From contig OZ251240.1 of the NCBI GenBank assembly GCA_965240325.2, positions 1,571,923-1,635,922 on the forward strand: a DNA stretch of 64,000 nt, read 5' to 3'. A model generated the notes under the pieces. It was given only the letters and a program-made list of their open reading frames with translations. It was not told the origin of the DNA and searched no databases. Positions 46,150 through 57,900 of the stretch are shown piece after piece (within the stretch, counting starts at the first letter, position 1; every line of letters begins with the position of its first letter). The DNA comes from Rebecca billardiae RCC1528. Taxonomy: Eukaryota; Protista; Haptophyta. The translations under genes were made by a program, and so were the position numbers.

Positions 46150-49100
46150 GCCCACCGAGTGCTGCTGCTGTGCCGGCTGCTGCTGCGGAGTGCTGGCTGC
46201 AGCTGAGTGGGCCGACGCAAAGCCTGGCGCCGGAGAGGCGGGCCGCGCGGCCGGGGGCGCGCAGCAGGCCCAGCGCCTCGTCCTAGTCGAACCTGCCCCC
46301 GCCCCGGCCCCCCATCCTGCCCTTCATTTAACCTGCTCCTGGTGCGCGTAGTGAGCGGCAAGCATCAGGTCCCTCCTCATCGCGCGTGAGGGCCCGCTCT
46401 CGGCGCACAGCCGTACCGCGTACGATACGCGCCCACTGCAGTGCGGCTGGTCGCGCGCGCGCCTCACGTCGAAGGGTTAGGGTGCGCCTTATTGCCGCGG
46501 CGCGAGCGCGTTGAGGCCGAGACGAGCACGTTCGATTCGAGCGCTGCCATTGCGTGTCGGCAGCGGTGATGAGCAGCAGTCGCGCAGGCACCGCCCTGTC
46601 CCACCGCGCTGCGAGGCACAGTCACACCATTGGCACTCGCGCCCGGCTGGCCGGCCGCCCTCAGCGTGCAGTCGGACGGCCTCGAGGGGGCGGGTTGGGC
46701 GGCGGACGAGCGACGACGGGCGTCTGCTGGCGAGCCTTGGCCGCGCCGTGCGCGTCGTCTTGCCAAGCGCAGCCATCGCCCGCGCCCGCGCCCGCCGCCG
46801 CCATGTGTAGTCGCGGTTGCCGCGCGCGGCCTGCGCCGAGTGCTCCGACCGCACGGCAGCTGCTGGCCACTGCCTTCTGGCTGGCGAGGTGCGATGAACC
46901 GCGGCGCAGCACGCGGCGGTCCAGCCGAGCGCGAGGCGTCGAGCCCAGCGGGCTGCTCGCGCGAGGGCACACGCGACGACTACGAGCCAGGCTCTGGCGG
47001 CGGCTGCAGGACCGAGGCTGCGTCCGGAGCCGTGCCGACTGCGCCGAGCGCGCGCCGCATCGCGCCCCGTGCGGCTCGGCTGGGATCGCCGGACCTCGGC
47101 GCAGCACGTGGCGCCGCAGCCGAGGTCGAGGCGTCGCGCCCCGCGGCTTGCCCGCGCGTGCCCGCACCAACTGCCCGCGCCCCACGGCCGGGTTGTCACG
47201 GAGGTGCCGACGCCGAGTCAGGGGCCGAGCGCGCGCGTGGCGGCCACCGGCAGCCCAGGGCGCGCCCGCGCGGGCGCGAAGGCAGCGCGTGAGGCGGTGC
47301 GAGCCAGCCGAGCGACCGCAGCGCGTGCTGCTCGGCGGCGCGTGGCGCGAGTGCGTCGCGACCGTGGTTGGCGTCACGCACCGGCTCAGCTGCCCCCGCC
47401 CCCGCGCCCCCATCCTCCACCTCGTCCGAGCTGCCTCCAGTGCGCGCCATCACGGCCGCGAGCGGCCGATGCGCAGCTGCTGGGTGCCGCTGCTCGTGCG
47501 CGCGCCTCACACGCAAGGAACGGCCGCCCCTGGCAGTGGCGCGTGCGCGTGCCGGTCGGTACGAGCCCACTCGAGCGCGGTCAGCGTGTCGGCGGTGGCG
47601 AGCAGGAGCGCGGTGCCACGGCCCGGAGCTCCGCGCAGACTTGGCAGCTGTTCGCGCGTTGCTGACGGGCGCCACGCACTGCGCGGCGTCGTGCGAAGGA
47701 TGGAGACGCGAGTGCATCCTCCCAGCACGCGCGCTCGACCGCTCGGCAGTGCACCCGCGCGGCCGCGCGCGGCCGGCTGCGTTTGCGTGGCAGCGCGGCC
47801 GAGCGAGGGGCGGGCAGTGCGCTCGCGCCGCCGCGCACGGTGGCGATGGCAGCGCGTGGGACGTGGTGAGCGGCGCTCTGGGCGCGTGCTTTGACGGCGC
47901 GTGGATCCCCTCGCGCACCACTGCGCCGGCGTGCGCGCACGCGACGCGCACGACAGCCGCCTTTGGCGGACGGCGGGGATGGAGTGCGGCCATGCTGGTC
48001 TTTGAGGCCGGATTTCTCGTCGCTTGGGATACCAAATCTTTTTTCCGACGCCACCGACGACCGTTGGTCGTGGCAGCGCCGAATTCAGCATGGCCTCTCC
48101 CCACACGGGTACGAGTCTGCATCCCGCGGCGCGATGGGCGCGAGCCCGCGTCGCACGGGGCGGTCGCGCGCCCGGAGGTATGCACGCGGAGCGCCGTATC
48201 CGCCCCTGCGCCTCGCACCAGCCCAAGGCGGCCTCCGCCCCCGCCCCCCGTCTCACTCGTCGTCCGACCTGCCTCTGGCTAGCCAGCAGCGGGCGCTCCA
48301 ACAGCTGCGCCCGGCGGTTCGGGCGGGGGGATCCGCGATGCTGGGCGTCCACCTCGGCTAGCCGTCGTCGACGCATCGTGAGCGTCGTCTCGTCGGCAGC
48401 CGTCACCAGCGCCCGCGCCCGCCGCCGCCATTTGGAGTCTCAGTCGCTGCTGCCTGCAAGTAGTGTGTCCCGCTGACCAGTCGGCAGCTGCCGCTGGCTT
48501 CTGCCTTTCTGGCTGGCCAGGTGCTGTGGCGCCCAGCGTGGCGCAGCACGGCATGGCTGTGCGCGGGCAGTCGGGCCACTCGGACGGCCGAACTGGTGGG
48601 TGAACGGGCCACGCCCGCGAGGGCATCCCAGCGTGCAGCAAGGGCGGCCCAGTCAGGGCGGGAGCGCGGCCGCGCCGAGCGGAAGTCACGGCTGCCAATT
48701 GCGCGGCTCTTGCGCTGTGGGACATGTGTGTGAGCCCCGCCGCGCACGCTCCTGCGGCGCCGAGGCTGCCGCTCCGCGCCCGAGCAGATCGCGCGGCGCG
48801 CGCGGCGGCGCCTGCCGGGTGCTGCTGCTCGGTGGCAGCTACCGCCGAGCGCTGCTGGCTGGGCCGCGCCGGAGAGGCGGGCCGCGCGGCCGGGCGCTGC
48901 GGATGTGGAGCGCCGCAGCCGTCTCAGCGCCTCGCACCGATCGATGCTGCCCCCGCCCCGGCCCCCCATCTTACCCTCCGTCAAGCCTGCGCCTGGTGGG
49001 CCGCGTAGTGAGCGCGGCACGCATCAGGGCGCTCCTCATCGCGCGCGAGCGCCAGCTCATCTGCGCACGGCCGTCCCACTGCGGTGCGGCTGGGCGCACG

Positions 49101-49990
49101 CGCGCCTCGCGTCGATGGAGCGGGCGCGCCTTGCCGCGGCGGCCGAGACGAGCACTGTCGAAGCACTGTCGAGCGCGATCGTCGCGGCGGCGAGCAGCTG
49201 TCGTGGCTGGCGCAACGCACCGGCCCAGCCCGCCCCCGCCCCCGCCCCCCCATCCTTCACCTCGTCCGAGCTGCCTCTGGTGCGCGCCATCACGGCCGCG
49301 CTGCGCACGCTCGCACACGCGCCTCGCTTCGAGGGAGCGGCCGTCCCTTGCCGTGGTGCGTGGCGGTCGAGACGAGCGCACACTCCGGCGCCCATGATCA
49401 CCGCGGGTCGGCGGTGGCGAGCAGGAGTCGCGCAGCCTTCATTTTCAACAGCCGCGCGCGCGCCGCGGCCGAGCTCTGCGCGCAGACTTGGCAGCTGTTC
49501 ACGCGTGGCTGGCGGGCACCGCGCACTGCGCGGCGTCGTGCGTGCGAGTGGCGGAGACGCGAGTGCATCCCCCCAGCAAGCGCGCTCGGCCGCTCGGCCG
49601 TGCGCTCGCGCGGCCGCGCGCAGCCGGCAGCGTTTGCTTTCAGCGCGGGCCGAGCGAGCGGGCAGTGCGCTCGCGTCGGGGGCGCAGTCGCAAGGGCCAC
49701 GGGTGGGGCGGTGCGAGCCGGAGGGGGTGCACCGAGCGCATGGTGCTCGGCGGCGCGTGGCCCCTCTCGCGCACCGCTGAGTCGCGCTGAGTCGGCGTGC
49801 GTGCGCGCCGGACAGCACGACGTCCGCCTTGAGCCCTTGAGTCTTGAACGAGGGCCGCCATGCTGGCAGACCTAGGGCTGTTTTTTTTTTGCGTGGGTCG
49901 CCGGGCGGTGCTTTTTTCCCTCGCGCTCCCGAATTCCGTCGCTTGTTCGCGAATCAGCATGGCAGCCCGAGTTCTCCGCGGGGTGGGTCT
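46150..49990 (+). repeat. Old, diverged direct duplication (~46150-48130 vs ~48810-49990)
   Basis: Collinear shared blocks, e.g. GCCGGAGAGGCGGGCCGCGCGGCCGGG (~46228, ~48868), CGCGTAGTGAGCG (~46345, ~49002) and CACCTCGTCCGAGCTGCCTC (~47418, ~49258). Confidence 0.7.
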
Positions 49991-51910
49991 CGCTTTGCAG
50001 ACGGGCGCAACGGCGGGAGGTGCCGGCGGGTCAGCAACGCGCGCACGCGCGTATGCGTGCTCCTCGTCCGCTACGCGCGCGTGCGCGCTCACTGCCTCGG
50101 CGCAGGCGTGGCTGCGCGCCGCGTGGCGGCTCGCGACCGCCGGGCGTCGCGGCTCGGGCCGCAGCGGCCTGGCAGGCGAGGCTCGCGCCGACGAGCAGCA
50201 GCCTGCGCACTGCGGTTTCGCGCGGGGTGCGTGCTGCGCGCTTGGACTGTCCTCTTGCCCGCGACTGCACGCACGCTCTGTGACGCGCATGCCGCTGCGC
50301 GGCGTGGCGGCTCTCCGAGCGACGCGGCGCTCGGCGCCGCCGAGCCGCACTCGCGCGCCGCCACGGCCTCCGTCTCGGCGCCGCTCGCAGGCGGGCGCCT
50401 GCCGGCAGGCGCTGCGCGAGCGTCTACCGTCTCCGTCCCTTCCCCCTCTCTCGCGCCGGTCGCGCCCTCGGCCGGGCCGAAGCGACTGCCGCGTCGCTGC
50501 GCCGCCTCGGCGCGCCCCGCGGCGGCGAGGGCGGCGGCCCCGCGGCCAGCCGGTCGAGCGCTGGCACCGCGAGCCCGGCGCGCGGCGGCACGGGCGCGTG
50601 GCGCCGCCCCCGCCTGCGCGGCCGCACCCGAGCACGGCTACGCGCAGCGCCCGCGCCCGACGAGGACGAGCCGCGCCGGGCCTCCGCGCGCCGTGCACCG
50701 CCGGTTGGCCCGAGCGCGCGCGCCTCGGCTGCGCCGCCCTCGCGCGCGCCCGCGCCGCACGCCGCGCGGCTGGCTGCCGGGCGCCCGCGCGCCCGCGGCC
50801 GCGGCCGCGGGCCGCCGGCGCCGATGGTGGCGAGGTCGTCGGCCTCGCACGGGCTCGCGCCGGCGAGCGGCGCGCATGGCGAGGGCGGCATGGGCGCACC
50901 CTCGCCGCCGCTGCCCGGCCGGCCGCCTCGCGCGCGGCTGCGCTGTCGCGGGAGGCGGCGATGGCTTTCGCGAGGCCACGCCGCCATCGCCCATCGCCGC
51001 CGAGCCAAATTCAATTATTCATGCCGGCGCCGGCGGAGCCGGCCGTACATTTTTGGGGCTCTCCTTGGCCGCCGGATCACGATGGCTGCCGAGGAACCGG
51101 CCCGGCCGGGGGCCCAACTTGGCGCGCGCTTCGCCGCACAGGCGGGCGGGCGCGCTGCGTGGCGCGCGCGCACACCGCGCGTCGCGCGTGTGCGTGGTGC
51201 CCAGCAAAAATGCGAGATGGCGCGCCCGCCGCTGCGACCGCGTGACGGCTGCCCCGTCACTCGCCGCGTGCGCGGCGGTGGCCCCCGCGCGCGCGGCCGG
51301 CGCCCGACAGCGCGCGTCGCGTTCCGAGCGCTCGCCGAGCGAGGCGGCGCGAGCCGCGTCGGGGCGGAGCCTCCGTGCAGTCTCGCACTGCACGCGAGCT
51401 GAGCCCATGCGCTCGCGCCACGTCCGCTCCCCCTCGGCCCGCGCGGTGACTCTTGCTGCTGCTGCGGCGGTCACAGCCGCGCGATGTGCCGAGCAGCGCG
51501 TCGCGGCGCTTGGCGACGCGCTCGCCGCCGCGCGCCCCTGCGACGGGCGCGTCCCGCCGCGCGCAAATCGCGCCCCACGAGGCCGCCGCGGCCGCATCGC
51601 GCTCGCTTCGAGCCGGCGCGCGCTGGGCGCGAGCGTCTGCTGGCTCACGCTCTGGTCACCTACCGGCCGCGCGCGCGCTCGGCGGGGTCGGCGAGTGACT
51701 GTGAGAGCAAATAGCTGCGTAGGGACGGTCACGCAGGGCCCGCTCTCGAGCGAGCGCTTGCTGGCCGTCGAGCATATGTGTCGGGCGGCTCCGAACCGCC
51801 GGGTAGAGGCGAGAGCGGCGCGTGCTTGGCCTCGCTCCGGTCACCTAGCGGCCGCGCGCGCGCTCGGCGGCTCAGCCGGGTGGCAGTTCAGGCAAACAGG
51901 CCGCGTAGGG

Positions 51911-54900
51911 ATTAATGCGAGGTGTCGGCCGCACTGATTTCAGGCGAGCTGGCTCCTCGCGCGCCGCACCGCCCGGTGGGTGGAGTCGACGGAACCAGGG
52001 GTTAGGGCCAACTGTCAGGCCTTGTGGGAGCGCGCCGAGTGCACCCGCGCGTCCGGCGGCGGCGCGCGGCGCTGCATAATATGCTGATTTTCGCGATTAA
52101 TGCGAGGTCTCGGCCGCGCTGATTTCAGGCGAGCTGGCTCCTCGCGCGCCGCTCCGCCCGGTGGGTGGAGTCGACGGAACCAGGGGCTAGGGCCAGCTGT
52201 CAGGCCTTGTGGGAGCGCGCCGAGTGCACCCGCGCGCCCGGCGGCGGCGCGCGGCTGCATATTATCCTGATTTTCGCGATTAATGCGAGGTCTCGGCCGC
52301 ACTGATTTCAGGCGAGCTGGCTCCTTGCGCGCCGCACCGCCCGGTGGGTGGAGTCGACGGAACCAGGGGTTAGGGCCAACTGTCAGGCCTTGTGGGAGCG
52401 CGCCGAGTGCACCCGCGCGCCCGGCGGCGGCGCGCGGCTGCATATTATCCTGATTTTCGCGATTAATGCGAGGTCTCGGCCGCACTGATTTCAGGCGAGC
52501 TGGCTCCTCGCGCGCCGCACCGCCCGGTGGGTGGAGTCGACGGAACCAGGGGTTAGGGCCAACTGTCAGGCCTTGTGGGAGCGCGCCGAGTGCACCCGCG
52601 AGGCCGGCGGCGGCGCGCGGCGCTGCATAATATGCTGATTTTCGCGATTAATGCGAGGTCTCGGCCGCACTGATTTCAGGCGAGCTGGCTCCTCGCGCGC
52701 CGCACCGCCCGGTGGGTGGAGTCGACGGAACCAGGGGTTAGGGCCAACTGTCAGGCCTTGTGGGAGCGCGCCGAGTGCACCCGCGCGCCCGGCGGCGGCG
52801 CGCGGCTGCATATTATAGTGATTTTCGCGATTAATGCGAGGTCTCGGCCGCGCTGATTTCAGGCGAGCTGGCTCCTCGCGCGCCGCACCGCCCGGTGGGT
52901 GGAGTCGACGGAACCAGGGGTTAGGGCCAACTGTCAGGTCTTGTGGGAGCGCGCCGAGTGCACCCTCGCGCCCGGCGGCGACGCGCGGCTGCATATTATA
53001 TGCTGATTTTCGCGATTAATGCGAGGTCTCGGCCGCACTGATTTCAGGCGAGCTGGCTCCTCGCGCGCCGCACCGCCCGGTGGGTGGAGTCGACGGAACC
53101 AGGGGTTAGGGCCAACTGTCAGGTCTTGTGGGAGCGCGCCGAGTGCACCCGCGCGCCCGGCGGCGACGCGCGGCTGCATATTATATGCTGATTTTCGCGA
53201 TTAATGCGAGGTCTCGGCCGCACTGATTTCAGGCGAGCTGGCTCCTCGCGCGCCGCACCGCCCGGTGGGTGGAGTCGACGGAACCAGGGGTTAGGGCCAA
53301 CTGTCAGGCCTTGTGGGAGCGCGCCGAGTGCACCCGCGCGTCCGGCGGCGGCGCGCGGCTGCCTAATATGCTGATTTTCGCGATTAATGCGAGGTCTCGG
53401 CCGCGCTGATTTCAGGCGAGCTGGCTCCTCGCGCGCCGCACCGCCCGGTGGGTGGAGTCGACGGAACCAGGGGCTAGGGCCAACTGTCAGGCCTTGTGGG
53501 AGCGCGCCGAGTGCACCCGCGCGCCCGGCGGCGGCGCGCGGCTGCATATTAGCCTGATTTTCGCGATTAATGCGAGGTCTCGGCCGCACTGATTTCAGGC
53601 GAGCTGGCTCCTCGCGCGCCGCACCGCCCGGTGGGTGGAGTCGACGGAACCAGGGGCTAGGGCCAACTGTCAGGCCTTGTGGGAGCGCGCCGAGTGCACC
53701 CGCGCGCCCGGCGGCGGCGCGCGGCTGCCTAATATATGCTGATTTTCGCGATTATTGCGAGGTCTCGGCTGCGCTGATTTCAGGCGAGCTGGCTCCTCGC
53801 GCGCCGCACCGCCCGGTGGGTGGAGTCGACGGAACCAGGGGCTAGGGCCAACTGTCAGGCCTTGTGGGAGCGCGCCGAGTGCACCCGCGCGCCCGGCGGC
53901 GGCGCGCGGCTGCTTATTATAGTGATTTTCGCGATTAATGCGAGGTCTCGGCCGCACTGATTTCAGGCGAGCTGGCTCCTCGCGCGCTGCACCACCCGGT
54001 GGGTGGAGTCGACGGAACCAGGGGTTAGGGCCAACTGTCAGGCCTTGTGGGAGCGCGCCGAGTGCACCCGCGCGCCCGGCGGCGGCGCGCGGCTGCATAA
54101 TATGCTGATTTTCGCGAGTAATGCGAGGTCTCGGCCGCACTGATTTCAGGCGAGCTGGCTCCTTGCGCGCCGCACCGCCCGGTGGGTGGAGTCGACGGAA
54201 CCAGGGGCTAGGGCCAACTGTCAGGCCTTGTGGGAGCGTGCCGAGTGCACCCGCGCGCCCGGCGGCGGCGCGCGGCTGCATAATATGCTGATTTTCGCGA
54301 GTAATGCGAGCAGGTCTCGGCCGCACTGATTTCAGGCGAGCTGGCTCCTTGCGCGCCGCACCGCCCGGTGGGTGGAGTCGACGGAACCAGGGGCTAGGGC
54401 CAACTGTCAGGCCTTGTGGGAGCGCGCCGAGTGCACCCGCGCGCCCGGCGGCGGCGCGCGGCTGCCTAATATGCTGATTTTCGCGATTATTAATGCGAGG
54501 TCTCGGCCGCACTGATTTCAGGCGAGCTGGCTCCTTGCGCGCCGCACCGCCCGGTGGGTGGAGTCGACGGAACCAGGGGTTAGGGCCAGCTGTCAGGCCT
54601 TGTGGGAGCGCGCCGAGTGCACCCGCGCGCCCGGCGGCGGCGCGCGGCTGCATATTATCCTGATTTTCGCGATTAATGCGAGGTCTCGGCCGCACTGATT
54701 TCAGGCGAGCTGGCTCCTCGCGCGCCGCACCGCCCGGTGGGTGGAGTCGACGGAACCAGGGGCTAGGGCCAACTGTCAGGCCTTGTGGGAGCGTGCCGAG
54801 TGCACCCGCGCGCCCGGCGGCGGCGCGCGGCTGCATAATATGCTGATTTTCGCGAGTAATGCGAGGTCTCGGCCGCACTGATTTCAGGCGAGCTGGCTCC

Positions 54901-57900
54901 TTGCGCGCCGCACCGCCCGGTGGGTGGAGTCGACGGAACCAGGGGCTAGGGCCAACTGTCAGGCCTTGTGGGAGCGCGCCGAGTGCACCCGCGCGCCCGG
55001 CGGCGCGCGGCTGCCTAATATGCTGATTTTCGCGATTAATGCGAGGTCTCGGCCGCACTGATTTCAGGCGAGCTGACTCCTTGCGCGCCGCACCGCCCGG
55101 TGGGTGGAGTCGACGGAACCAGGGGTTAGGGCCAACTGTCAGGCCTTGTGGGAGCGCGCCGAGTGCATTCGCGCGCCCGGCGGCGGCGCGCGGCTGCCTA
55201 ATATCCTGATTTTCGCGAGTAATGCGAGGTCTCGGCCGCACTGATTTCAGGCGAGCTGGCTCCTCGCGCGCCGCACCACCCGGTGGGTGGAGTCGACGGA
55301 ACCAGGGGTTAGGGCCAACTGTCAGGCCTTGTGGGAGCGCGCCGAGTGCATCCGCGCGCCCGGCGGCGGCGCGCGGCTGCCTAATATCCTGATTTTCGCG
55401 AGTAATGCGAGGTCTCGGCCGCACTGATTTCAGGCGAGCTGGCTCCTCGCGCGCCGCACCGCCCGGTGGGTGGAGTCGACGGAACCAGGGGTTAGGGCCA
55501 ACTGTCAGGCCTTGTGGGAGCGCGCAGAGTGCACCCGCGCGTCCGGCGGCGGCGCGCGGCTGCCTAATATCCTGATTTTCGCGATTAATGCAAGGTCTCG
55601 GCCGCGCTGATTTCAGGCGAGCTGGCTCCTCGCGCGCCGCTCCGCCCGGTGGGTGGAGTCGACGGAACCAGGGGCTAGGGCCAACTGTCAGGCCTTGTGG
55701 GAGCGCGCCGAGTGCACCCGCGCGCCCGGCGGCGGCGCGCGGCTGCATATTATCCTGATTTTCGCGATTAATGCGAGGTCTCGGCCGCACTGATTTCAGG
55801 CGAGCTGGCTCCTCGCGCGCCGCACCGCCCGGTGGGTGGAGTCGACGGAACCAGGGGTTAGGGCCAACTGTCAGGCCTTGTGGGAGCGCGCCGAGTGCAC
55901 CCGCGAGGCCGGCGGCGGCGCGCGGCGCTGCATAATATGCTGATTTTCGCGATTAATGCGAGGTCTCGGCCGCACTGATTTCAGGCGAGCTGGCTCCTCG
56001 CGCGCCGCACCGCCCGGTGGGTGGAGTCGACGGAACCAGGGGTTAGGGCCAACTGTCAGGCCTTGTGGGAGCGCGCAGAGTGCACCCGCGCGCCCGGCGG
56101 CGGCGCGCGGCTGCATATTATAGTGATTTTCGCGATTAATGCGAGGTCTCGGCCGCGCTGATTTCAGGCGAGCTGGCTCCTCGCGCGCCGCACCGCCCGG
56201 TGGGTGGAGTCGACGGAACCAGGGGCTAGGGCCAGCTGTCAGGCCTTGTGGGAGCGCGCCGAGTGCACCCGCGCGCCCGGCGGCGCGCGGCTGCCTAATA
56301 TGCTGATTTTCGCGATTAATGCGAGGTCTCGGCCGCACTGATTTCAGGCGAGCTGACTCCTTGCGCGCCGCACCGCCCGGTGGGTGGAGTCGACGGAACC
56401 AGGGGTTAGGGCCAACTGTCAGGCCTTGTGGGAGCGCGCCGAGTGCATTCGCGCGCCCGGCGGCGGCGCGCGGCTGCCTAATATCCTGATTTTCGCGAGT
56501 AATGCGAGGTCTCGGCCGCACTGATTTCAGGCGAGCTGGCTCCTCGCGCGCCGCACCACCCGGTGGGTGGAGTCGACGGAACCAGGGGTTAGGGCCAACT
56601 GTCAGGCCTTGTGGGAGCGCGCCGAGTGCATCCGCGCGCCCGGCGGCGGCGCGCGGCTGCCTAATATCCTGATTTTCGCGAGTAATGCGAGGTCTCGGCC
56701 GCACTGATTTCAGGCGAGCTGGCTCCTCGCGCGCCGCACCGCCCGGTGGGTGGAGTCGACGGAACCAGGGGTTAGGGCCAACTGTCAGGCCTTGTGGGAG
56801 CGCGCAGAGTGCACCCGCGCGTCCGGCGGCGGCGCGCGGCTGCCTAATATCCTGATTTTCGCGATTAATGCAAGGTCTCGGCCGCGCTGATTTCAGGCGA
56901 GCTGGCTCCTCGCGCGCCGCTCCGCCCGGTGGGTGGAGTCGACGGAACCAGGGGCTAGGGCCAGCTGTCAGGCCTTGTGGGAGCGCGCCGAGTGCACCCG
57001 CGCGCCCGGCGGCGGCGCGCGGCTGCATATTATCCTGATTTTCGCGATTAATGCGAGGTCTCGGCCGCACTGATTTCAGGCGAGCTGGCTCCTCGCGCGC
57101 CGCACCGCCCGGTGGGTGGAGTCGACGGAACCAGGGGTTAGGGCCAACTGTCAGGCCTTGTGGGAGCGCGCCGAGTGCACCCGCGAGGCCGGCGGCGGCG
57201 CGCGGCGCTGCATAATATGCTGATTTTCGCGATTAATGCGAGGTCTCGGCCGCACTGATTTCAGGCGAGCTGGCTCCTCGCGCGCCGCACCGCCCGGTGG
57301 GTGGAGTCGACGGAACCAGGGGTTAGGGCCAACTGTCAGGCCTTGTGGGAGCGCGCAGAGTGCACCCGCGCGCCCGGCGGCGGCGCGCGGCTGCATATTA
57401 TAGTGATTTTCGCGATTAATGCGAGGTCTCGGCCGCGCTGATTTCAGGCGAGCTGGCTCCTCGCGCGCCGCACCGCCCGGTGGGTGGAGTCGACGGAACC
57501 AGGGGCTAGGGCCAGCTGTCAGGCCTTGTGGGAGCGCGCCGAGTGCACCCGCGCGCCCGGCGGCGCGCGGCTGCCTAATATGCTGATTTTCGCGATTAAT
57601 GCGAGGTCTCGGCCGCACTGATTTCAGGCGAGCTGACTCCTTGCGCGCCGCACCGCCCGGTGGGTGGAGTCGACGGAACCAGGGGTTAGGGCCAACTGTC
57701 AGGCCTTGTGGGAGCGCGCCGAGTGCATTCGCGCGCCCGGCGGCGGCGCGCGGCTGCCTAATATCCTGATTTTCGCGAGTAATGCGAGGTCTCGGCCGCA
57801 CTGATTTCAGGCGAGCTGGCTCCTCGCGCGCCGCACCGCCCGGTGGGTGGAGTCGACGGAACCAGGGGTTAGGGCCAACTGTCAGGCCTTGTGGGAGCGC

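Noticed and set aside
46473-46482. Isolated AGGGTTAGGG as a telomerase RNA template or interstitial telomere
   Set aside because: Only 10 bp, inside a degenerate duplication whose second copy lacks it; no supporting structure or promoter seen.
564-51937. Many long overlapping Arg/Ala/Pro-rich ORFs (e.g. 7164..10397, 20807..24268, 40878..43427, 49844..51937)
   Set aside because: Shadow frames caused by very high GC; no motifs, and most overlap better-supported genes.
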